Positions 39,655 to 48,982 of a stretch of DNA of 64,000 bases are shown here, one piece after another. A program made the translations under genes and the position numbers. Every line of letters starts with the position of its first letter. Position 1 is the first letter of the stretch. This DNA is from Candidatus Latescibacterota bacterium (GTDB lineage Bacteria; Latescibacterota; UBA2968; UBA8231). The notes beneath the pieces are model-generated. The model made no database searches. It saw nothing but the letters and a program-made list of their open reading frames with translations, and was not told the origin of the DNA. The DNA is taken from positions 1,536,001-1,600,000 of the forward strand of contig OZ242318.1 in the NCBI GenBank assembly GCA_965208105.1. Direction: 5' to 3'.

Positions 39655-40623
39655 ATGCACCCAGGACCTGAAAAACTGCTGGACATGTATCGCAAGATGC
39701 GCACGATCCGGGCCTTCGAGGAGCGCATCCACCGGGAGGTGGCCGACGCCACCGTTCCCGGCTTCGTGCATCTCTACGCCGGCGAGGAAGCCTCGGCGGT
39801 CGGGGTCTGCGCCCACCTGGGCACGAAGGACTACATCGGCAGCACCCACCGCGGCCACGGGCACTGCATCGCCAAGGGATGCGACGTCAAGGACATGATG
39901 ATGGAGATCTACGCCAGGAAGGACGGCCTCTGCGGCGGCAAGGGCGGCTCCATGCACATAGCCGACTTCGAGAAGGGAATGATGGGAGCCAACGCCATCG
40001 TCGGCGGCAGCGCGCCTTCCTGCGTGGGCGCCGCCCTTACGGCCAAGACCATGAAGACCGGGGGCGTCGCCGTCGCCTTCGCCGGTGAGGGCTCCACCAA
40101 CCAGGGCGCGGCTCTGGAGTCGCTCAACCTGGCGAGCGTCTGGAAGGTCCCGGTGGTCTTCGTCATCGAGGACAACGGCTACGCCGAGTCCACCGCCAGC
40201 TCCTGGGCCAGCGCCGGCGATCTGCTCGACCGCGCCCGCGGCTTCGCCATTCCGGGGCGCAGGATAGAGGCCGGCCACGACCTGTTCGAGGTGTACGCCG
40301 CGGCGGGTGAGGCGGTGGAACACGCCCGCGGCGGCAACGGGCCTTTCCTGCTCCACGTAAAGGTCCCCCGCTTCTACGCCCACTACGAAGGCGACGCGGG
40401 CACCTACCGCCCCGCCGACGAGGTCGAGAACCTGCGCAGCAACAGGGATTGCCTGCAGGTCTTCCGCTGCCGGACCGCCGCCGAGGGCCTGCTCGACGCC
40501 GCCGATCTCGACGCCATCGACGAGGAGGTGGACCGTCTCATCGACGAAGCCGTGGCCGAGGCCAAGGCGGCCCCGCCGCCGGGCGCCGACGACCTGCTGA
40601 CCAACGTATACACCTCTTACTGA
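39655..40623 (+). CDS. acoA: acetoin dehydrogenase (TPP-dependent) E1 alpha
   Basis: PGFVHLYAGEEA, STHRGHGHCIAKG, GKGGSMH, GEG..NQG, EDNGYAE. Confidence 0.88.
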   Translation: MHPGPEKLLDMYRKMRTIRAFEERIHREVADATVPGFVHLYAGEEASAVGVCAHLGTKDYIGSTHRGHGHCIAKGCDVKDMMMEIYARKDGLCGGKGGSMHIADFEKGMMGANAIVGGSAPSCVGAALTAKTMKTGGVAVAFAGEGSTNQGAALESLNLASVWKVPVVFVIEDNGYAESTASSWASAGDLLDRARGFAIPGRRIEAGHDLFEVYAAAGEAVEHARGGNGPFLLHVKVPRFYAHYEGDAGTYRPADEVENLRSNRDCLQVFRCRTAAEGLLDAADLDAIDEEVDRLIDEAVAEAKAAPPPGADDLLTNVYTSY

Positions 40624-40634
40624 GGAGACCTGCC

Positions 40635-41639
40635 ATGCCGCTGAAAACGATGCGCCAGGCGCTCAACGAAGCACTGGCCCAGGAGATGCGCAACGATCCC
40701 ACCGTGATCGTCCTCGGAGAGGACGTCTGCGGAGGCATGGGAGCGCAGGGAGAGGAGGATGCCTGGGGAGGCCCGCTGGGGGTCACCAAGGGCCTCATGC
40801 CCGAGTTCGGACGCGAGCGCGTGCTCGACACCCCGATCAGCGAGATCGGCTTCATCGGGTCCGCCGTCGGCGCGGCGGCCACCGGCCTGCGTCCCGTCGC
40901 CGAGCTCATGTACGTCGACTTCCTCGGGGTCTGCCTCGACCAGCTTCTCAACCAGGGGGCGAAGTTCCGCTACATGTTCGGGGGCAAGGCCGCCGTGCCG
41001 CTGACGGTGCGCACCATGTACGGAGCCGGCCTGCGCGCGGCTGCCCAGCACAGCCAGAGCCTCTATCCCATCGTCACCCACATCCCCGGGCTCAAGGTGG
41101 TCATTCCTTCCTGTCCCTACGACGCCAAGGGACTTCTGACCCAGGCCATCCGCGACGACGACCCGGTCATCTTCCTCGAGCACAAGGTCATGTACGACGA
41201 AGAGGAGGATGTCCCCGACGAGTCCTACGCCATTCCCTTCGGCGAGGCCAACCTGACCCGCGAGGGCGACTGCATCACCATCGTCGCCATGGGGCGCATG
41301 GTGCAGCTCGCCAACCAGGCCGCCGACCGGCTCGAGGAGGACGGCATAAGCTGCACCGTCCTCGATCCGCGCACCCTCTCTCCACTGGACGAGGACAGCA
41401 TACTCGAGTGCGTCGAAGAGACTGGACGCCTGGTGATCGTCGACGAGTCCAACCCGCGCTGCAACCTGGCGACGGATATCTCCGCCCTGGTTGCCCAGAA
41501 GGCCTTCCACGCCCTGAAGGCGCCGGTGCAGATGGTTTGTCCGCCGCACACTCCGGTGCCCTTCGCCCCCCAGCTGGAGGACCTCTACCTGCCCACCCCG
41601 GAGAAGATCGAAGCCGCCGCCCGCGCCATCGCGCCGTGA
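40635..41639 (+). CDS. acoB: acetoin dehydrogenase E1 beta
   Basis: EEDAWGGPLGVTKGL, DTPISE, AKFRYMFGGKA, AAQHSQ, DAKGLL. Confidence 0.88.
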   Translation: MPLKTMRQALNEALAQEMRNDPTVIVLGEDVCGGMGAQGEEDAWGGPLGVTKGLMPEFGRERVLDTPISEIGFIGSAVGAAATGLRPVAELMYVDFLGVCLDQLLNQGAKFRYMFGGKAAVPLTVRTMYGAGLRAAAQHSQSLYPIVTHIPGLKVVIPSCPYDAKGLLTQAIRDDDPVIFLEHKVMYDEEEDVPDESYAIPFGEANLTREGDCITIVAMGRMVQLANQAADRLEEDGISCTVLDPRTLSPLDEDSILECVEETGRLVIVDESNPRCNLATDISALVAQKAFHALKAPVQMVCPPHTPVPFAPQLEDLYLPTPEKIEAAARAIAP

Positions 41640-42778
41640 ATCCTCCCGGTGAAGCTCGCGTGAATGCGATCAGAATGCCCAAGTGGGGCATGTCCATGAC
41701 CAGAGGCCTGGTGGTGGAATGGCGGGTGGAGGAGGGCGATTCCCTGGAGGCGGGCGACGAGATCCTCGACATAGAGACCGAGAAGATAGTGGGGGTCTAC
41801 GAATCGCCCTGCGCCGGCATTCTGCGCCGCCGCCTGGTGGCCGCCGGTGAGACGGTGGCGGTGGGAACGGTGCTCGGGGTGGTCGCCGACGCGTCCGTCG
41901 CCGAAGCTGAACTGGACGCTTTCGTCTCCGAACTGGGGGAGGATTCCCCGATGGCGGCCGAGGCCGCTGCCGAGACCGCAACCCCCAGTGCGGAAACCGT
42001 GGAGGTGAACGGCCTGCCCTGGCGCTACCTCATGATGGGAAGCGGTGGAGGCACGCCCCTGGTGCTGCTCCACGGATTCGGCGGAGGGCTCGACACCTGG
42101 CTCTTCAACCAGCCGGCCCTGGCCGCCGCGCGGCGGATCTGCGCCCTCGATCTTCCGGGCCACGGCGCCTCGACCAAGGAGGTGGGCACGGCCGACGTGG
42201 ATTGGATGGCGGCGGCGGTCGTGGATTTCCTCGATGCCGTCGGGCTTGACAGAGCCAACCTCGCCGGCCACTCCATGGGCGGCGCCATCGCCCTCGAAAT
42301 CGCCCTCAACCACGGCGCCCTCGCAGCCTCCGTCACCCTGATCGCCTCCGCCGGCCTGGGCCCGGAGATCGACGGGGACTACATCGCCGCCTTCCAGGCG
42401 GCCGGGCGCCGCAGGGAGCTGAAGCCGGTTCTCGCCAAGCTCTTCGCGGATCCCGGACTACTGCGCCGCGAAATGATCGACGAGGTGTTGAAGTACAAGC
42501 GCCTGGACGGAGTCGCGGCTGCCCTCGGCGCCATTGCCGCAGGGTTCTTCGAGAGCGGGCGCCAGGCCTGCGATTTCAGGGGGTTGATGGGCCAACTCCC
42601 GGTCCCCGCACAGGTCATCTGGGGGCGCGGGGACCGGATCATCCCGGTGCGGCACGCCGAGGAGCTGTCCACTACCCTGAGCTGCCACGTCCTCGAGGAC
42701 GCCGGGCACATGGTGCACATGGAGAAGGCCGGCGCCGTAAACAAGCTCGTCGCCGAATTTCTGGAAGGGTGCGGGTGA
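41636..42778 (+). CDS. acoC: acetoin dehydrogenase E2-like protein (lipoyl domain plus alpha/beta hydrolase)
   Basis: MPKWGMSM, IETEKI lipoyl Lys, LLHGFGG, GHSMGG, AGHMVHME; GTGA overlap with acoB (alternative start 41660). Confidence 0.85.
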   Translation: MNPPGEARVNAIRMPKWGMSMTRGLVVEWRVEEGDSLEAGDEILDIETEKIVGVYESPCAGILRRRLVAAGETVAVGTVLGVVADASVAEAELDAFVSELGEDSPMAAEAAAETATPSAETVEVNGLPWRYLMMGSGGGTPLVLLHGFGGGLDTWLFNQPALAAARRICALDLPGHGASTKEVGTADVDWMAAAVVDFLDAVGLDRANLAGHSMGGAIALEIALNHGALAASVTLIASAGLGPEIDGDYIAAFQAAGRRRELKPVLAKLFADPGLLRREMIDEVLKYKRLDGVAAALGAIAAGFFESGRQACDFRGLMGQLPVPAQVIWGRGDRIIPVRHAEELSTTLSCHVLEDAGHMVHMEKAGAVNKLVAEFLEGCG

Positions 42779-42850
42779 AGGACGCCCGGGCTTATTCAGG
42801 ATGAAAGACTGCAACCTCGGCCCTGCTGCGAGCAGACGCCGGCGACCGAT

Positions 42851-43028
42851 TCAGCATCAGCCTCCTGGTTTCCCGTCCCACCGGGGAAGTGCAAGCAGGG
42901 GAAGCATACCCCATACCCCGCTGCCGGGACCGGGCCGCGGCAGGGCCCCGCAAGGACCATGGGGCTGCTTGCATGCGGCCGCTCGAGCCGCAGGAGGGTC
43001 CCGGGAAAAACCAGGTCATCCATGCTGA
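42851..43028. ncRNA. candidate structured RNA (about 178 nt, nested helices)
   Basis: Nested complementary pairs tcagcat/atgctga, cctggtttcccg/cgggaaaaaccagg, tgcaagcag/ctgcttgca, ccccat/atgggg plus three hairpins. Confidence 0.35.
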
Positions 43029-43062
43029 CAGCGATTGATACAACCGGCAGAATCCGAACCTC

Positions 43063-43857
43063 ATGATAACTACCAGGACCCACGGCGCCGCCCCCTTCAG
43101 GGTCGCGGTGGTGCACGGCGGGCCCGGAGCTGCGGGAGAGATGGCCCCGGTAGCAAGGCGGCTCGCCCCCAAGCGCGGGGTGCTGGAACCGATACAGACC
43201 GCGGCCAGCGTGGAGGGGCAGATCGAGGAGTTGAGCTCGACCTTGCGGCAACGCTGCGAGCCTCCCGTCGTCCTTCTCGGGTATTCATGGGGTGCATGGC
43301 TCGGTCTCCTGGCCGCCTCCCGGAATCCCCGCCTGGTGGCCAAGCTGATCCTCGTCGCCAGCGGTCCGCTGGAAGAGCGCTACGCGGCCCGGCTGCGAGC
43401 AAACCGGATGAGCAGGTTGACCCCGGAGCAGAGGCTGGAGTACGAATCGATCAGGGAGAGCCTGGGCAATCCCCGGGAAGAGGACAGGGACGGGCTGCTG
43501 GCGCGCCTGGGATCCCTGCTGGGGCCGGCCACCGACAGCTACGCCCCGGTGGACGAGGGCGGCGGATCGGGCGGGGAAGTCTTCTGCGATGGAGCCATCT
43601 TCCAGAAGGTGTGGACCGAGGCCGCCGAGCTCAGGCGCAGCGGCAAATTGATGCTGGAGGCCGCGGCGGTTCAGTGCCCGGTGGTCGCCGTCCACGGCGA
43701 CTACGATCCAGGTCCCTGGGAAGGGGTCAGGGATCCCCTGGCCGCCAGGCTGCGGGATTTCCGCTTCGTGCTGCTGGAAAGATGCGGGCACAAGCCCTGG
43801 ATCGAAAGGTTCGCGCGCGAGGAATTCTTCCGCATCGTCGAGGAAGAGCTTGGCTGA
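43063..43857 (+). CDS. alpha/beta hydrolase
   Basis: VHGGPG, GYSWG nucleophile elbow, HGDYDP, CGHKPW. Confidence 0.88.
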   Translation: MITTRTHGAAPFRVAVVHGGPGAAGEMAPVARRLAPKRGVLEPIQTAASVEGQIEELSSTLRQRCEPPVVLLGYSWGAWLGLLAASRNPRLVAKLILVASGPLEERYAARLRANRMSRLTPEQRLEYESIRESLGNPREEDRDGLLARLGSLLGPATDSYAPVDEGGGSGGEVFCDGAIFQKVWTEAAELRRSGKLMLEAAAVQCPVVAVHGDYDPGPWEGVRDPLAARLRDFRFVLLERCGHKPWIERFAREEFFRIVEEELG

Positions 43858-43881
43858 CTCGCATGCGCGGATGGGACCGGC

Positions 43882-45069
43882 TCACTGGTTCCATCCCGGT
43901 GGAAATGGGCGGTAGGCGGGATATGGGTAGCTCCTCCGGGGGACAGGTTTGAACGAGGCCCCCCTGCCTTTCAGGGCCGCCTTGGCCGCGGCACCATCCT
44001 CCAGCCAGTCAATGAAACTCCACACCTCGTCCACCCGGATGCCGAACCCGATGTTGCCGCGCCCTATCCGCGCCGGGGCACCCGTGTTCTGGTCGATGAC
44101 CAGGGTCTCGGTGCCGGCGTGGTTCACCGCGACGATCCAGCCTTGGTGGTCGAAGATGGGGCTGCCGCTGGTGCCTCCCGACAGGTCCAGGTTGTGTTGG
44201 ACCACGCGGTTGTTCTCCGGGCTCACGGAGATGACATCGGGGCGAAACGGGCGCAGGGCGCTGATGGTTCCCTCCTTGAAGGTGGCCAGGGGCACGGTCG
44301 TATTGAAAGCCGCGACCTCGCCGGGGAAGCCCATGGTGGCAACGGGCTGGCCCACGCGAAGCCCGGGGGCCATCTCCCGGGGCAGCAGGGACGGCACCCC
44401 GGTGAATTCCCGGTCGATGACCAGGAGTCCAATGTCGGGAGAGAGAACGCTGCCATCGTATGCGGGATGTTCAAACCATAAGTCCAAACTGTAGGTATCA
44501 CTGCCACCGATGGGCGTTCCCGACTTCACCGCAAAGGGCCGGGGATCGAGGTTGGTGTTGCGCAGCGCTTCGAGAACTTCGATCAGACCCATGACTACGT
44601 GGGCATTGGTCCAGATCGCGTCGTTGAAGTGGGCGTTGAACCCGGTCCCGATCAGAAAGTTGACGCCCCTCACCTCGTAGCCGATGGCATAGATCGCCTG
44701 GTCGAGCCCCGACTCTTCGATGACGTCCGCCCAGTTCAGAAACTCACCGGGCTCACCTTGCGGGCCCTCTGGCCCCCGCTCCCCTTCCTGGCCCCGCTCG
44801 CCTGGTTCGCCCCGGGGGCCTCTATCCCCCTGCGCTCCCTCCTCGCCCGGTTCTCCCTGGGAACCCCTATCCCCCTGCGCTCCCTCCTCGCCTGGATCGC
44901 CTTGCGGTCCTTTCTCTCCCCGCTCTCCTCTTTCCCCCTGCTGACCCGCGGGACCTTGCTCTCCGCGCTCGCCCGGCTCGCCTTCCTCCCCCCGCGGACC
45001 CACCGGTCCCTGCTTTCCCTCGCAGGCGGCCAGCAGAATCGCAATACTCAAGAACAACAGAGGTCTCAT
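43882..45069 (-). CDS. lipoprotein with collagen-like repeat and trypsin-like (S1) serine protease domain
   Basis: Lipobox LLAAC; about 31 Gly-X-Y triplets; triad TNAHVV, PDIGLL, GGTSGSP. Confidence 0.88.
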   Translation of the reverse strand: MRPLLFLSIAILLAACEGKQGPVGPRGEEGEPGERGEQGPAGQQGERGERGEKGPQGDPGEEGAQGDRGSQGEPGEEGAQGDRGPRGEPGERGQEGERGPEGPQGEPGEFLNWADVIEESGLDQAIYAIGYEVRGVNFLIGTGFNAHFNDAIWTNAHVVMGLIEVLEALRNTNLDPRPFAVKSGTPIGGSDTYSLDLWFEHPAYDGSVLSPDIGLLVIDREFTGVPSLLPREMAPGLRVGQPVATMGFPGEVAAFNTTVPLATFKEGTISALRPFRPDVISVSPENNRVVQHNLDLSGGTSGSPIFDHQGWIVAVNHAGTETLVIDQNTGAPARIGRGNIGFGIRVDEVWSFIDWLEDGAAAKAALKGRGASFKPVPRRSYPYPAYRPFPPGWNQ

Positions 45070-45264
45070 CCCCTTATCTCCCCTGCAATGGTCGCGTTTC
45101 AACTCAACGAACCTAACGGCCCACCGGGATGGGCGCCATGAGCGAGGTCACCCCGGCTGCGCTTCACACTTTGACCTGGATGCAGGTTTTGGTGAAATTG
45201 TCACTCCGGGTTCACCGGAAATCCGGTCCATCCACTCACCACGAACCCCTCTCAGGACGACCTC

Positions 45265-45930
45265 ATGACCGGCGCCATTCTCGATGCGGTCGAAGTGAGG
45301 GTGTTGGGATCACTGGCGGAAAAACAGCTCACCACCCCCGAGTACTACCCCCTCACCCTCAACGCCCTGCGCACCGCCTGCAACCAGAAATCCAACCGCG
45401 ACCCGGTGCTCGACTTCGACGACCGCACCGTGGTCCGGGCCCTCGAGTCGCTGCGCGAAAAACAGCTCGCGCGCCAGGTCAGCGGCGGCGACCAGAGGGT
45501 CCCGCGCTACTACCACCTGCTCCGGGAGCGCCTGGACCTCGAGGTCCCGGCGCTCGCCGCCCTCTGCGTCCTGATGCTGCGCGGACCCCAGACCAGCGGC
45601 GAGATACGCGGGCGCAGCAGCCGCCTGCACCACTTCGCCGACCCGGCGGCCGTGGAAGCGGTCCTGACCGGGCTGATGGATCGCGACCAACCCCTGGTGG
45701 TGCTCCTGCCGCGCCAGCCCGGCCGCAAGGAAAGGCGCTTCGCCCAACTGCTGTCAGGGGCCCCGGAGGTTCCTCAAGTAGAAGAAGAGAGCTCCGTGGA
45801 GCCGGCCGCTCTCCTGGTGCGGGAAGAAGACCGGCGCCTGGAGCAGGTGGAGAAGGAGGTGGAGAAACTTAGAGCGGAGCTGGAGGCGCTGCGCCGGGAA
45901 TTCGGCGATTTCAGGGGACAATTCGACTAG
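45265..45930 (+). CDS. yceH: YceH / DUF480 family protein
   Basis: RVLGSL.EK..TTPEYYPLTLNAL..ACNQKSNRDPV, LMLRGPQT.GE, PGRKE.R. Confidence 0.88.
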   Translation: MTGAILDAVEVRVLGSLAEKQLTTPEYYPLTLNALRTACNQKSNRDPVLDFDDRTVVRALESLREKQLARQVSGGDQRVPRYYHLLRERLDLEVPALAALCVLMLRGPQTSGEIRGRSSRLHHFADPAAVEAVLTGLMDRDQPLVVLLPRQPGRKERRFAQLLSGAPEVPQVEEESSVEPAALLVREEDRRLEQVEKEVEKLRAELEALRREFGDFRGQFD

Positions 45931-46094
45931 TGTCCCGTCGCAGAGATAGGTTGACGAAATTGGGCCGCCGAGGCGCCCGGCTCACCAGGCGCCTGAGCGA
46001 GTCGTACCAGTGGTGTACGGCGAGTGAAGGCAACGCCGTGAGCCGGGATGGATCGGCGGAATAATGGCGACATATTTCTGCGACGGGACACTAG
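45927..46094. mobile_element. MITE copy 1 (168 bp, CTAG-bounded, 18-bp perfect TIR)
   Basis: ctagtgtcccgtcgcaga ... tctgcgacgggacactag; near-identical inverted copies at 57122-57289 and 58353-58520. Confidence 0.85.
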
Positions 46095-46219
46095 GACCTG
46101 CGCGGGCAACCCCTCGTGACGGAATGCAGCGGCGGCGAATTCAGGAGGAATGGCGCTGGCAGGCGCGGGGATGCAGCGCGGGACCAGTTCCTCCGGGCGG
46201 AAGCCCCGGAATGGCCCGG

Positions 46220-46936
46220 TCAGGTGGGAGAGGTTGGGAGACTGCCAGCCTTGCGGCGGACCCTGAAGGGCAGATAGAGCAGGTAGAACAATCCCAGGGC
46301 AACCGCGTCGAGAATGGGGATGTACCAGGGCCAGGGCGCGAAGAAGAAGGGGGACCTGGTCTCCGGAGGGCGGCAGAGGTACAGGTAGTTGCTCCCCAGG
46401 GTCAGATTGACCCCGACCAGGACGACGGCGAGGAGGTTGAGGAGCAGGAAGGCGCGCCAGACGGACCTGTGGCTGGGACGCATGTTGAGGCCCCAGGTGG
46501 CGAAGAGCGCCGCGGCGACGATGCCCCCGTGGGCGATGAAATATTGAAAGAAGGGGTAGTGGGGAAACCCGGCGTCCAGCTGCGGGGTCACCACGGCGTT
46601 GGTTGCCCCGGCCAGCCCCCAGAAATAGGTGATCTCGTAGGCAGTCCGCCGACGCAGGACGAGGGTGGCAGCGGCGGCGAAGATGGTGATGCCGCAGACG
46701 TGCAGGGGCAGGTTGTAGCGCAGGAACTCCCGCACCCCCATTGTGGGAAGATAGTGGTACCAGTTGAGGAAATCGTTGAGCAGGAGGAGGGCGGCGAAGA
46801 CCACGCAGATGGAACGGGTCGCCAGTTCCGAATCGAGGCGTTTGACCGCCAGGGCCAGGAGGAGAGGCAGAGCGATGGCGGACGCCATGACGGCGATATG
46901 GGGAAAGCCGAAAAATTCGAACGGGCTTGCGGGCAT
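46220..46936 (-). CDS. TIGR02206 / YwaF (TMEM164-like) membrane protein
   Basis: LPLHVC, YFWG, TP, FIAHG, VN..LGSNYLYL..PP, PWPWYI. Confidence 0.85.
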   Translation of the reverse strand: MPASPFEFFGFPHIAVMASAIALPLLLALAVKRLDSELATRSICVVFAALLLLNDFLNWYHYLPTMGVREFLRYNLPLHVCGITIFAAAATLVLRRRTAYEITYFWGLAGATNAVVTPQLDAGFPHYPFFQYFIAHGGIVAAALFATWGLNMRPSHRSVWRAFLLLNLLAVVLVGVNLTLGSNYLYLCRPPETRSPFFFAPWPWYIPILDAVALGLFYLLYLPFRVRRKAGSLPTSPT

Positions 46937-47207
46937 TGATCAGTGCGAGAAGGCCGGGGAGCCGGGGTTCTGTCTCGTCCGGACCGAGGGGCCGGTACTG
47001 GTTCATAAAAGATACTGCCGCCTGCGCCGATCCCCAAATACCCGACCCTGGCATCTCGAGGGCCTGCTTCGCAAGCAGCCCTCTGAAAGGATGTCCACTG
47101 GACCCGGCCGCGAAGGGCGGTGCTCCCCTCCTTTGATCCACCCGGCCCCTGGATGGAACGGGACCTGGGATGCCTGAGGCCGCCGCCTCGAACCTCGAGG
47201 AGATCCT

Positions 47208-48974
47208 GTGAGCCAGTCGCCCAGAAGCCGCGCTGAATCCCTGGCCGCGGACCTCTACGCACACCAGGTGGAGGGCATCGCCTTTCTCCTGGGCAGACAG
47301 CGGGCCATCCTCGCCGACGACATGGGCCTGGGCAAGACGCGCCAATCGATCCTGGCAATGGCCGAAGCCCGTCCCGGGGGTCCCTACCTGGTAGTCTGCC
47401 CGGCGGCGGTCAAATCCAACTGGGAGCGGGAGATCCGACTCGTCCTTCCCGCCCCCGAAATCACCGTCATCGGTCCGGCTCCCGCCCCGGAGACCGGGTT
47501 CCAAGGCTGGGCGGTGGTAAACTACGACATCCTTGCCCGGCATGCCCTGCGCGATCTCCCCTGGACCGGCCTGGTTTTCGACGAGGCCCACTACCTCAAA
47601 AATTTCCGCAGCCAGCGCCATCGCCTGGCCTGGGAGCTGGTCCGGAGCGCCGGCCCCGACACCGTGGTCCACCTGCTTACGGGAACCCCGCTGACCAGCC
47701 GCCCGCGGGACCTCTTCCCCCTGCTGCAACTGGCGCGCCACGCCCTCGGACGCTCATTCGTCTCCTTCGCCAGGCGCTACTGCGAAGGCTACAAAGGAGA
47801 CTACGGCTGGGTCGCCGACGGCGCCAGCAACATCGAGGAGTTGACTATTCAGTTGCACGGCATCATGTTGCGGCGCACCAAGGGGGAGGTGCTCGATCTT
47901 CCCCCCAAAGTGCGTTCCTGGCTCGAGGTGGAGGTGTCGAGCCGGGTAGCCCGCAGGATGAGCGAGGCAGTCACCGAGATGCTGCGCAGCGTTTCCCGGT
48001 CGGCAAGCCACCGGATCGAGGGGGAGAGCGATGCGCAACGGCGCACGCGCCATGGCCGGGTCATGGGGCAACTGACCCGGGCCCGCCGCAGCCTGGCCAG
48101 CGCCAAGGTCGTGGGCACCCTTCCCTTCGTGGAGAACGCCCTCGAGCAGGGCGAGAAAGTCCTGGTCTTTTCCTGCTTTCTACCCCCCGTCACCATTTTG
48201 AAGAAGCGCTTCGGCGAACAGGCCGTGGCCATCACCGGGGAAGTGCCGGCGGCGCGGCGGCAGGAGCTGGCCGACCGCTTTCAGGAAGACGAGTCGGTGC
48301 GGGTGCTGGTGGCGCAGATCGCCGCCGGCGGGGTCGGTCTCAATCTTACCGCGGCGCGCCAGGTGGTTTTCAACGACCTCGACTGGGTCCCGGTCAACCA
48401 CTGGCAGGCCGAGGACCGGGCCTACCGCATCGGCCAGCAGGAGACGGTCAACGTCACCTACCTCGTGGCCACCGGAACGGTGGACGAGTTCGTGCGCACC
48501 GTGCTGGAGACCAAGTCGAGACTGATCGACCAACTGATCGAGGGCGGGGCTCTGCCCCCGGACCTGCAGCGCGATGTGATGGGAGAGCTGCGGCGCATCA
48601 TGGGCGTCATCCAACCCGGGCTGGAAGCCATGCCCGGCGGCGAAGGTGACGAAGAGCAAGTGGCCGATATGCTGCGCCGGGCGGGAGCGGCCTTCTCGGC
48701 GGAGCAGCCACGGGGCGGCCGGGACGCCCTGGCTAAGCTGCCCTCGGCCGCAGCCATCGAGGTCCTTGCCCGTGTCCTTGCCGGCCCGCAACGGTCGGTC
48801 TACAAGGTCGAAAGCACTTCCAGAGCAGGGTCTTTCTACGAGCTGGAGGTCGAGGGCAGCGACGTGAGCTGCAGTTGCAGGGGGTTCTCCTACCGCGGCG
48901 CCTGCCAGCACGCCAGGGCCCTGAAGAAAGCCCTGGTGAGCGGCGATCTTCCCGAGGGCTACGTCCGCACCTGA
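47208..48974 (+). CDS. SNF2-family helicase/ATPase with C-terminal SWIM zinc finger
   Basis: LADDMGLGKT, DEAH, LTGTP, LRRTK, GGVGLNLT, QAEDRAYRIGQ; C-terminal CSCRGF....CQH. Confidence 0.9.
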   Translation: MSQSPRSRAESLAADLYAHQVEGIAFLLGRQRAILADDMGLGKTRQSILAMAEARPGGPYLVVCPAAVKSNWEREIRLVLPAPEITVIGPAPAPETGFQGWAVVNYDILARHALRDLPWTGLVFDEAHYLKNFRSQRHRLAWELVRSAGPDTVVHLLTGTPLTSRPRDLFPLLQLARHALGRSFVSFARRYCEGYKGDYGWVADGASNIEELTIQLHGIMLRRTKGEVLDLPPKVRSWLEVEVSSRVARRMSEAVTEMLRSVSRSASHRIEGESDAQRRTRHGRVMGQLTRARRSLASAKVVGTLPFVENALEQGEKVLVFSCFLPPVTILKKRFGEQAVAITGEVPAARRQELADRFQEDESVRVLVAQIAAGGVGLNLTAARQVVFNDLDWVPVNHWQAEDRAYRIGQQETVNVTYLVATGTVDEFVRTVLETKSRLIDQLIEGGALPPDLQRDVMGELRRIMGVIQPGLEAMPGGEGDEEQVADMLRRAGAAFSAEQPRGGRDALAKLPSAAAIEVLARVLAGPQRSVYKVESTSRAGSFYELEVEGSDVSCSCRGFSYRGACQHARALKKALVSGDLPEGYVRT

Positions 48975-48982
48975 GCCGCGGC

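Noticed and set aside
42851-43028. Cobalamin riboswitch
   Set aside because: Only fragments resemble it (gggaa, ccccgcaa); the B12-box and GCCACTG consensus are absent and the downstream gene is unrelated
44740-45020. Short-period repeats resembling CRISPR or a VNTR
   Set aside because: Explained by collagen Gly-X-Y coding; no unique spacers and no cas genes
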